DNA of 44,275 nt, from the NCBI GenBank assembly GCA_002269645.1, contig NIVC01004493.1, positions 1 through 44,275 on the forward strand, read 5' to 3'. Positions 1 through 10,300 of the stretch are shown in pieces. The translations under genes and the position numbers were made by a program. Source of the DNA: Macrostomum lignano (Eukaryota). Positions within the stretch are counted from its first letter, which is position 1, and the number at the start of each line of letters is the position of its first letter. Under the pieces are notes generated by a model. The model did not search any database, was not told the origin of the DNA, and saw only the letters and a list, made by a program, of their open reading frames with translations.

Positions 1-466
1 TCTCATATTCCATCTTCTACTTGCCACCCCTCTGCAAATTTCATCTCTCTCTCTCCGCTCTACCCCTCGCCGACCTCACCCACTGTTGCTAGGGCTACGC
101 AAGCAATCTTCTTCTCTTTTCTCTCTCTCTCCTCTCCTCCGCTCAGCTCTTTAACTCTGACTCTGTCGCTTTGCGCTGGAAACAACATTTTTATTTTCAT
201 TCCTAACTGCAACGACAACCCCCAGCCGCCAGCACACCACCCCACCCTCCCCGCCTGTGCTCAGTGCGTTTTTGCTGGCTAAAGAGACGCAGCGGAGACA
301 GGTTCAAGAGAGTTTTTCAACCCAACACATGCCGCTGTCTGCCAGACCCGCCGCCGCCGCTCACAGTTGGGGGCCCGGGCAATCATTTAACTGTTGAACT
401 GGCCGCACTCTCGCGGCACTTGAAATAAGCAGTTCAGACCCCACGCTGGGCTAATAAATTGGCAGC

Positions 467-1807
467 ATGTTATTAACAATTTGCCAAAGCACCGCAGCAG
501 CAGTTGAGAAATGCAGCAGCAGCGCAGCAGCAGCTCAGGCACCTCGGCAGGCCCCGGGTGAGCACCAGCCTTCAATCACCAGTCTGGGCCTCGAGTCGCA
601 GCCGAACCAACCGGCGGGGCAGCTCCCGGTGCCGCTGCCGCCGACGCCGCCGGCCGCTGCTCGCTACTTCAGCGTCATCGGCGGACCCCGCTCGGAGTTC
701 CGAGCCAGCCTCCTGCAGCAGCAGCAGCGCCAGCAGCGCAGTCTCCGTCATCAGGCAGGCGGCGGTCGCTACCAGAACGGCACTGCCTACTCCAACCACT
801 ATCAGTTGGCAGCGGCGGCTGCTGCTGCAGCGGCCATTGCGGCCACTTCGGCCAACTCCTCAGCCAACGGCAAGCCGCATCATCACCACCACCAGCGTCG
901 TCGGTCGTCAAAGTCGCGATCGCATACAGCTTCCGGCGGGCGAAGCATCATCACCATCAGCAGCATCAGCAGCAGCAGTACCGGCCCAGGTTCCCCGTCA
1001 GCTCCATGGCCGTCCAGGACGATGCTGACAGATCGCCGATTCGCCTTCATTGTCGCAGACGATGCCGGCTCAGCAGCAGGCGCAGCCGGAGCTGCCGCAC
1101 GACGAGACGGAGGCCCGCCTGCTGCTCATCCGGGCGAAGCTCAATCAGCTCAGCGTCCAGCAGGAGCTGGCCGAGCAGGCCGAGGCGGAGCGGCAGCGTC
1201 GTCAACGCCAGCAGCCACGAAATCCAGCAACCTCAAAGACGACCGTCCGAGATCGACTCGTCCCGTCGCTGCGGCCGCCGGCGAAGCTGCAGCAGCGGCA
1301 GCAACAGCAGCGGCTCGAAGCCGCGCCGCCACAGTCTGGAAGTCGCAAAGCTGAGGAGGCGACAAGCGACGTTGACAGCAACGTCGTAGACGACGAAGAT
1401 AACGATGGCGACGAAGAATGTGACGACGACGATGAGGAAATCGACGATGGCATTGACGACAACGGTGACAACGATGGCAGCCTGTTGAACGGTCTTGAGG
1501 ACGACCTTGAAGAGGACGACAACTCAACAATGAGCATTGACACTGGCGGAGGCTCCTCGCTGCTGGCCTCCAGGCGACCCAGCGCTGCCGCCGGGGCAGC
1601 CGCCGTGGCCGGTCCCGCCAGCCGGCCGTCATCGCGTCGCTGTTCCCGAACGTGCCCGCCGGTGCTGCGGTTCTCGCGCAGAGTCCGACCCGCCGCCCGA
1701 GCCGCTACCCTGGGCGCAGCGGAGGCAGCTGAAATGGCGGATGAGCTCCATCACGCCCGTGGTTGTCAAGCGGGCCATAGCGAGGAGCGGATTTCGCGTT
1801 GCTAAAA
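467..1807 (+). CDS. TTLL4: TTLL4-like tubulin glutamylase, exon 1 (low-complexity N-terminus plus start of TTL domain), interrupted by about 5 frameshifts
   Basis: Pieces in three frames join into ...SLFPNVP/PPVLRF...EPLPWAQRRQLKWRMSSITPVVVKRAIARSGFRVAK, matching TTLL4 SLFPNVPPTIYF...LPWEQRKLLRWKMSTVTPNIVK (from memory). Strong donor A|GTGAGT at 1808, phase 1. Start codon uncertain (ATG 467 or ATG 511). Confidence 0.75.
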
Positions 1808-2460
1808 GTGAGTGGAGTCGAGTCGAGGACCTTTGGACAGCTGAAAGAGAAGGACGCTTACACTAGGAGTTGTTAGAAATTGGTGTTACAAAAACTAAGA
1901 ACTGAAGCGGCCTTCTGCTTCAGGTGTCCATGCGAGGGGCACTGGGTTTCCTAAGGAAGTAACGGAACTCTTAAAAGTTTGACTGCACTTTTAAAACTCT
2001 GGCACTTACTGGGCTGTCTAATAGAGATAGTAGTGGTATTATATTAGCCTACACTTCAATAGTCTCCCTAGTTACGAAATAGTTCTAGACCCGGCCTGCT
2101 CTTACTCAGGTTCAAGTCTGCATTAACAAAAGCCGGAGACGCAGGCGACTCAATAGTCAATGTGAAGTGTCTGGCATTGTCAATTCCATCTGCCTGAGAG
2201 CGAGAGAGGTATTGGCTAGATGGGGGCAGAGAGCTGGTTGCTTCTGCACAGGGGGCTTCTGTGAGCGCGCGATGAGAGATGCTTCGCTTAGCTGGCTGCT
2301 TGCTTGCTGCGAGCAATCAAAATCCTGTTGCGTTTCCATGGGTAAAAACTGATGAGCAGCCATTGCCTGGAACTATAGGTTTAGAGACTTGTATTGCCAT
2401 CTTAGATATACTCGTTAATCTCGCTTGTTTCCTAGATGAATTTTGCGTGCTATGAACTTC

Positions 2461-2690
2461 ATGAGTCAAGAGTTAAGAGCTAGGTGTTGACTCAAGGAGT
2501 GAGTCAAATTCGTAAGAGTCAAACTCTATACCCTTGAATCCTTGACTAGGAGTCGGGATTAAGGAGTGAAGCGTGCTCCTTCTATAGAACACTGAAAAAT
2601 ATAAACGCCTGAAGGTGAACTCCTAACTCCTAATTCAACGAGTATAGCACGATACAGACCTTTACGAGTTGAGCTCTCCTAAAGTACACC
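2461..2690. mobile_element. possible MITE-like imperfect palindromic element in TTLL4 intron 1
   Basis: Dense GAGTC/GACTC words. Perfect 8-bp hairpin TTGACTCA-AGGAG-TGAGTCAA at 2487-2507. Imperfect inverted similarity between about 2540-2570 and about 2615-2640. No TSD identified. Confidence 0.3.
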
Positions 2691-2907
2691 AGGGAGTCTG
2701 CCGCACTCGTTAAGGAAGCTTAGCGCACTGTGGTTCTGTGTTATTCTACTCGTCAGGCATGTACACTCTCTGTGTGCCTTGGGTGCGAATGGCACGACAA
2801 CCCCCCAGTCAATTTTCGTGCACAAAGAGAATGCAGGTAAAACTTGTAAAAATTCCAAGCTTCAAAAACTACTCGAATTCATCCTGTGTTCCGCTGTCCT
2901 ACTCCAG

Positions 2908-2984
2908 AGTCGCACGAATGGCTGGGCTACTTTGGCAAGCACATGAAACCTGAAGGCTTCAAGGGCGTTCGGGAATACCAGAAG
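2908..2984 (+). CDS. TTLL4: TTLL4-like exon 2
   Basis: Acceptor CTCCAG|2908, donor AAG|GTAATA. Encodes (K)SHEWLGYFGKHMKPEGFKGVREYQK, similar to TTLL4 WLGCWGHHMKSPSFRSIREHQK. Phase 1 to 0 fits both neighbours. Not in the ORF track. Confidence 0.9.
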
Positions 2985-3063
2985 GTAATACAACTTGCTA
3001 CTTTGATTCACTAAGCCTGACTTTTGTAAGATGGAAAAACTGACTTTGTCTATTGCCGCTCAG

Positions 3064-3353
3064 GTGAACCATTTTCCGGGCAGTTTCACTATTGGCCGAA
3101 AAGACCGCCTGTGGCGCTGTTTGCACCGGATGCAGTGCCAGTACGGTCGTCGCGAGTTCGATTTCTTTCCGTTAACATTCTGCCTGCCGGGCGACCTCAA
3201 GCAGCTCCGCAGGGCGTGGGACGACGCAGGCGCCAAGCAGAAATGGATTGTGAAGCCCCCGGCCAGTGCCAGGGGTATCGGGATCCGAGTCGTCAACAAG
3301 TGGAAGCAGGTGCCGAAACGGCGGGCGGTTGTGGTTCAGACCTACCTGGCCAG
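3064..3353 (+). CDS. TTLL4: TTLL4-like exon 3
   Basis: VNHFPGSFTIGRKDRLWRCL...WIVKPPASARGIGIRVV: hallmark TTL-family motifs. CAG|acceptor and AG|GTGAGC donor, phase 0 to 2, after a 79-nt intron. Confidence 0.95.
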
Positions 3354-3784
3354 GTGAGCTATTGACGAGGCCGATTGATGAAGATATTGATCGGTACTTG
3401 AGCCATACAATCGACGGTAGTCTGTGGGATGACTAGCCATCCATCATCCATGAATGATCAATTACATTGGGATTTTAGCAGAAGCGTATCAGCCTCGCTG
3501 CAAAACTAAACTGCTACAGTTGATTAAGATACTAAGGGAATCATGCTTGGCGGTAACCATTCTGAATGGTGATTGGTGAGTACGAGTAGCGCTGTGGTGA
3601 CGGGTCTGACTCTCGCGTGAACGTCCTGGCCTGGCGCTCGTTCGTGCAGTTCACACTAATGAAAACCAACATCTACATAGAGAGTGTACATGCCTGCCGA
3701 CTAGTCAGGGCCTCTAGACGCTCGGTTTGTCAACTTAACCCCCCCTTGGATGACTCCCAAACTAACCGCTAATCTTCCAACCAG

Positions 3785-4157
3785 GCCCTACCTGATCAAC
3801 GGAAGCAAATTCGACTTGCGCGTTTACGTCTACGTGACCAGCTTTGATCCGCTGCGAGTCTACGTTCACGAGCGCGGCCTGGTCCGCTTCGCCAGCGTGC
3901 CCTACAGCCGGTCAGGCAAGACCATCGGCAACCGCTTCATGCACCTCACCAACTACAGCGTCAATAAGCGCAACATCAACTACAGTGCCAGCGGCGGCGA
4001 GGCCGAAGAAAGCGACGGCGAAGGTCACAAATGGAGCCTGCGAGCGTTGTGGGCCCACCTGAGACAGGCGGGCAAAGATCCCGAATCCGTGTGGTCCAGC
4101 ATCAAGGATCTGGTGGTGAAAACTATCATTGGCGGGGAGTCGCACATCAACTCGCAG
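3785..4157 (+). CDS. TTLL4: TTLL4-like exon 4
   Basis: PYLINGSKFDLRVYVYVTSFDPLRVY...GLVRFAS...MHLTNYSVNK...GHKWSL. CCAG|acceptor and CAG|GTTGGT donor, phase 2 to 0. Confidence 0.95.
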
Positions 4158-4245
4158 GTTGGTGCCGTTTTGGCTGACTGGAATTTTATGATATTCGTTT
4201 CTCCTACCCGATCTCCTCTCGTCTCGTCCAAACCTCCTTTTCTGT

Positions 4246-4512
4246 ATACACCCGAACCTACCCCGAAGCCACCCTGATTCTATCCCGAACCCACCCCGAA
4301 CCCACCCCGAATCCACCCCGAATCCACCCCAAACCTACCCCGAACCTACCTTAAACCTAACCCAAACCTACCCCAAACCTACCCCGAACCTACCAGAACC
4401 CACCCTGATCCCACACCGAACCTATCCCGAACCTACCCCGACTCACCCCAAATTCACCTCGAATCCACCCTAAATCCACTTTGAGTCCACTTTATCCACA
4501 CCAAACCCAAAG
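4246..4512 (+). repeat. degenerate about 11-bp C-rich minisatellite (CCCGAACCTAC) in TTLL4 intron 4
   Basis: Repeated CCCGAACC(T/C)AC and CCCAAACCTAC units fill most of intron 4158-4545. Confidence 0.85.
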
Positions 4513-4545
4513 CCAAGCCTCACTTTCGGCTGCTCAAATCCGCAG

Positions 4546-5232
4546 GTGAAAGCCTTCTGCCGCCGTCGCTACTGCGTCCACGAGCTGTTCGGCTTTGACA
4601 TCCTGCTAGACGATCGCCTGAAGCCCTGGCTGCTCGAAGTGAACATATCGCCATCGTTGCACTCGAATTCACTGCTAGACATCGAAGTTAAAAGCGCCGT
4701 CATTCGCGACTTCATGAACCTGGCCGGCTTCCAGCTCCCCGAGCCGGCCTCGGCGATGTCGACCGCGCCAGGCTCAGCTTCGGCTTCGGCAATGTCGACA
4801 ATGGCAGATTCTACCAGCGAAGCGGCACCGTACGCTGACAGACGCTGCTGGCCGGAGAGGCCGCTGAACTCGGACGAGCGCGCCAAAAAGCTGTGGTTCA
4901 GCCAGCGGCCGGACGACCGCAGCATTCTGGACACGCTGACGCCGGACGACGTTCGAGTTCTGGTAGAATCGATGGACGAATTCGCGCGGGCTGGCGAGTT
5001 CGGCCGGGTGTTCCCAGCCGGCGAGGAGGCCGTCACCAGGCGCTACCTCGGCTTCATGGAGCAGCCGCGCTACTACAATCTGCTGCTCATGCACCACCTG
5101 TCCCGCTATCGGGCCTGCGAATCGCAAGGCATCGACGCTCTGGCGGCGATGTGCCGACGAAAATTGCACCTGGAGTCGCCCACCGCGGATCCCGCGCACC
5201 AGTGGAGCGCGCCGTGTGGGAGACGGCATTAA
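4546..5232 (+). CDS. TTLL4: TTLL4-like exon 5 (catalytic ELFGFD/LEVN motifs to stop; possibly spliced further from 5213)
   Basis: HELFGFDILLDDRLKPWLLEVNISPSLHS, plus C-terminal FGRVFP...RYYNLLL similarity. GCAG|acceptor, TAA at 5230-5232. Confidence 0.92.
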   Translation: MKAFCRRRYCVHELFGFDILLDDRLKPWLLEVNISPSLHSNSLLDIEVKSAVIRDFMNLAGFQLPEPASAMSTAPGSASASAMSTMADSTSEAAPYADRRCWPERPLNSDERAKKLWFSQRPDDRSILDTLTPDDVRVLVESMDEFARAGEFGRVFPAGEEAVTRRYLGFMEQPRYYNLLLMHHLSRYRACESQGIDALAAMCRRKLHLESPTADPAHQWSAPCGRRH

Positions 5233-6037
5233 AGTGTAGAAAAGAGAAAAAGAGAGAGAGAATTGCATTTCAATTCCGTAGTAGCATGCAGTTATATTAT
5301 AACAATATTAGAGATGGTGAAACGATTCCTTTATGGTGAGCACAATAAGGTGCGGTCCGCAGCGTAGCAACAATAGCTCAGCAGTTAGTCATGCATTACA
5401 TTCCTGAATTTCGCCAATTTTGTTAGAGGCCGGTTGCAAGTTTCAGTCTTTTCGTAGCTAATATCTCACCTTCTGAGCTTCGAAACTTCAACTATAGCAA
5501 GCATGCGTTTCGTTTAAGATGCACTCGCAAGTTTGTCAAGTGAAAAAGGTTGAGAGCGTATTACTGGAGAGTGGCAACGCTTAATTAAAGTACAATTGTG
5601 TTTTTATTATCGAATTTCACTAAGATTTGCTGTTTTGCACATCGCTGAATCCTGTACCTAGCTACATAGCATTTCATGAAACAATAGCTAGATAACCTTG
5701 AGAGTGCGACTTGAGCGAAACAAAACTCTCGTTGAAAACGTTACAGTGACAAGAATAGCTATAAAGTCATTGCAAACAACTCAACTAGTGACTCTAGCGG
5801 CCCTGGGGCCGACTGTTGCGACTTTTTAACGACTCAAACGACTGTAATGCGACGTAGAGGTAGGTGACTGTTGAGTCTCGAGCGCATTGCGTGAGTTGCT
5901 GAACCGTAAAAAAGTCGTGAAAAGTCGTCCAAGTGTCGTTGTGTTATCGTTTGACTTTCTACTAACTCAAGTAGATTAAATACAGTTTTTATAAATGTGA
6001 AATGCGATTCAAATTCATGAAAGTAAAGATGCGCTTT

Positions 6038-7115
6038 AGACACAACTTAGTGACTCTGCAGCAACTCTAGCACGCCTCAGACACGACTCAGTGACTCTGC
6101 AGCAACTCTAGCACGCCTCAGACACAACTCAGTGACTCTGCAGCAACTCTAGCACGCCTCAGACACAACTCAGTGACTCTGCAGCAACTCCAGCACGCCT
6201 CAGACACAACTCAGTGACTCTGCAGCAACTCCAGCACGCCTCAGACACAACTTAGTGACTCTGCAGCAACTCTAGCACGCCTCAGACACAACTTAGTGAC
6301 TCTGCAGCAACTCTAGCACGCCTCAGACACAACTTAGTGACTCTGCAGCAACTCTAGCACGCCTCAGACACGACTCAGTGACTCTGCAGCAACTCTAGCA
6401 CGCCTCAGACACGACTCAGTGACTCTGCAGCAACTCTAGCACGCCTCAGACACAACTCAGTGACTCTGCAGCAACTCTAGCACGCCTCAGACACAACTCA
6501 GTGACTCTGCAGCAACTCTAGCACGCCTCAGACACGACTCAGTGACTCTGCAGCAACTCCAGCACGCCTCAGACACAACTTAGTGACTCTGCAGCAACTC
6601 TAGCACGCCTCAGACACAACTTAGTGACTCTGCAGCAACTCTAGCACGCCTCAGACACAACTTAGTGACTCTGCAGCAACTCTAGCACGCCTCAGACACA
6701 ACTTAGTGACTCTGCAGCAACTCTAGCACGCCTCAGACACAGCTTAGTGACTCTGCAGCAACTCTAGCACGCCTCAGACACAACTCAGTGACTCTGCAGC
6801 AACTCCAGCACGCCTCAGACACAACTTAGTGACTCTGCAGCAACTCTAGCACGCCTCAGACACAACTCAGTGACTCTGCAGCAACTCTAGCACGCCTCAG
6901 ACACAACTTAGTGACTCTGCAGCAACTCTAGCACGCCTCAGACACAACTCAGTGACTCTGCAGCAACTCTAGCACGCCTCAGACACAACTCAGTGACTCT
7001 GCAGCAACTCTAGCACGCCTCAGACACAACTCAGTGACTCTGCAGCAACTCTAGCACGCCTCAGACACGACTCAGTGACTCTGCAGCAACTCCAGCACGC
7101 CTCAGACACGACTCT
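6038..7115 (+). repeat. 41-bp minisatellite, about 26 copies
   Basis: Unit AGACAC(A/G)ACT(C/T)AGTGACTCTGCAGCAACTC(T/C)AGCACGCCTC. Period 41 measured between 6079 and 6120. Confidence 0.97.
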
Positions 7116-8595
7116 ACGGCCCCAGAGTCATTGTAGAATCACCCAAAGCCTTTTCATAGTCGCAGACTAAAACGCCACAAATTAATTCTTAGGACGAATT
7201 TTTGGCGACTTGTATCGTGACATCTTGTCGTTTTAGAGTCGTCTTGAGTCACTTCTTTCCCATTTTACCTGTGTTACCTGTAAGGACTCTGAAACGATTC
7301 TGGGGTGACGCAAGTGACTCTGAGAAGACGCTTCTTGGCCTGAGTACCGTTTTTATCGGACTTATTTAGAATTCGAATGTACAGAATGGGAGAACGGGGC
7401 GACACAGAAGCACAATTGTCAGTGAGCAAACTTCTTAAATTTATACCTTTGTATGGCACCGTGTCTTTAACGTATTGTGTCAGCGGTCCTGGTGTTTTTC
7501 AACTCCGGATCTTCTCTTTAAAATGGTATATTAAGACTACTGTTACCAGCAGTAGCATGCTGAGCATATTGTGCGCTGAATTGCCTGACTGATGCATCAT
7601 ACCTCTTTGCATTGTTGTGTTGTTGTGCTTTATTTCAAATTCAAGATTTTGTGTGTTCAAAGAGAATACCTAACTATACACATATAGCTATAGTCTGATC
7701 ACATATTGTTATTTGTCTGACAGATTTCACTAATTTTCTTTTATACTGTGACAATATTTGCCAAAAAATATAATATATACATACTGTTTTACCTGGTGTT
7801 TAACTTCAGTAACGAGTATATTGATGAATTTATCGATTCACAAAGCTTTCTTACTTATACGGTCGTCACAAATGAAGTCACAGAGATTTTATCAGACTAA
7901 AGATTTTTAGTGTTGTGGCACAGCCACTGCCGCAAATGAAAGCGACAGAACTGCAAGTGTTTAAACAAATTAATTGTTTCAAACAACTTAATCTGTCTGT
8001 TAATCTTCCAGTTCCAAGCCATGTAAAGGATTTATAATTTAAAACACGAAATATTCGAAATAATTATTTTGCAGAATGCAAACTCGAACAAACCATATTC
8101 AACTCGAGCGCACTCTCCATATCCCAGTTTCTGCCTAGACCGGTTCTAACCGGTACAGAGAAGGACGCTGAGAAGTTCGGTGAGTCACGTGAATCTCTGA
8201 AATGATATTGATGAACAGCCCCTCCCTCTAAGTCCAAAGGAAACAATCTGATGACAGAAGCAAATGAAACCGTCTTTTTGCAATATCCTTATTTCCAAAA
8301 AAGTCAGGAAAAGCGAATAGGATTTGCCAAAAATGACAATAGATCTTGTTCACCTGAGTTGTAGCAATTTCCTTTGCATTTCGCACAAATTACGTCGTTG
8401 GCTTCTTATTGGCAAAGTGACTTTCTAAGTTACTTCTAGAAGAGAGACACCACAGGGACTCCCACCTTACCTTTTTCAGGCGCTGCGTGCTTGCTGTGTA
8501 ATTAAAAGCAAATTAAATCATGTTATTAAAAGTACAAGTTACCTCTGTCTTCAGAGCGTACCGAACTTCTTTGTTCTGTTAATCATTAGAAATCT

Positions 8596-10300
8596 TTCAA
8601 CAGACTCTTGCACAGTTGCACCAACAGACTCTTGCACAGTTGCACCAACAGACTCTTGCATGGTTGCACCAACAGACTCTTGCATGGTTGCATCAACAGA
8701 CTCTTGCACAGTTGCACCAACAGACTCTTGCACAGTTGCACCAACAGACTCTTGCACAGTTGCACCAACAGACTCTTGCACAGTTGCACCAACAGACTCT
8801 TGCATGGTTGCACCAACAGACTCTTGCACAGTTGCACCAACAGACTCTTGCACAGTTGCACCAACAGACTCTTGCACAGTTGCACCAACAGACTCTTGCA
8901 CAGTTGCACCAACAGACTCTTGCACAGTTGCACCAACAGACTCTTGCATGGTTGCACCAACAGACTCTTGCACAGTTGCACCAACAGACTCTTGCACAGT
9001 TGCACCAACAGACTCTTGCACAGTTGCACCAACAGACTCTTGCATGGTTGCATCAACAGACTCTTGCACAGTTGCACCAACAGACTCTTGCATGGTTGCA
9101 CCAACAGACTCTTGCATGGTTGCATCAACAGACTCTTGCACAGTTGCACCAACTCACTCTTGCATGGTTACATCAACAGACTCTTGCACAGTTGCACCAA
9201 CAGACTCTTGCATGGTTGCACCAACAGACTCTTGCATGGTTGCACCAACAGACTCTTGCATGGTTGCACCAACAGACTCTTGCATGGTTGCATCAACAGA
9301 CTCTTGCACAGTTGCACCAACTCACTCTTGCATGGTTACATCAACAGACTCTTGCACAGTTGCACCAACAGACTCTTGCACAGTTGCACCAACAGACTCT
9401 TGCATGGTTACATCAACAGACTCTTGCACAGTTGCACCATCAGACTCTTGCATGGTTGCACCAACAGACTCTTGCACAGTTGCACCAACAGACTCTTGCA
9501 CAGTTGCACCAACAGACTCTTGCACAGTTGCACCAACAGACTCTTGCATGGTTGCATCAACAGACTCTTGCACAGTTGCACCAACAGACTCTTGCACAGT
9601 TGCACCAACAGACTCTTGCACAGTTGCACCAACAGACTCTTGCACAGTTGCACCAACAGACTCTTGCACAGTTGCACCAACAGACTCTTGCACAGTTGCA
9701 CCAACAGACTCTTGCACAGTTGCACCAACAGACTCTTGCATGGTTGCACCAACAGACTCTTGCATGGTTGCACCAACAGACTCTTGCACAGTTGCACCAA
9801 CAGACTCTTGCACAGTTGCACCAACAGACTCTTGCACAGTTGCACCAACAGACTCTTGCATAGTTGCACCAACAGACTCTTGCATGGTTACATCAACAGA
9901 CTCTTGCACAGTTGCACCAACAGACTCTTGCACAGTTGCACCAACAGACTCTTGCATGGTTGCATCAACAGACTCTTGCACAGTTGCACCAACAGACTCT
10001 TGCACAGTTGCACCAACAGACTCTTGCACAGTTGCACCAACAGACTCTTGCATGGTTGCACCAACAGACTCTTGCACAGTTGCACCAACAGACTCTTGCA
10101 CAGTTGCACCAACAGACTCTTGCACAGTTGCACCAACAGACTCTTGCATGGTTGCACCAACAGACTCTTGCATGGTTGCATCAACAGACTCTTGCACAGT
10201 TGCACCAACAGACTCTTGCACAGTTGCACCAACAGACTCTTGCACAGTTGCACCAACAGACTCTTGCACAGTTGCATCAACAGACTTGTACGGTTGCACC
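8596..10300 (+). repeat. 24-bp minisatellite, about 70 copies
   Basis: Unit ACCAACAGACTCTTGCA(CA/TG)GTTGC. It produces the 8-aa periodic ORFs on both strands. Confidence 0.98.
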
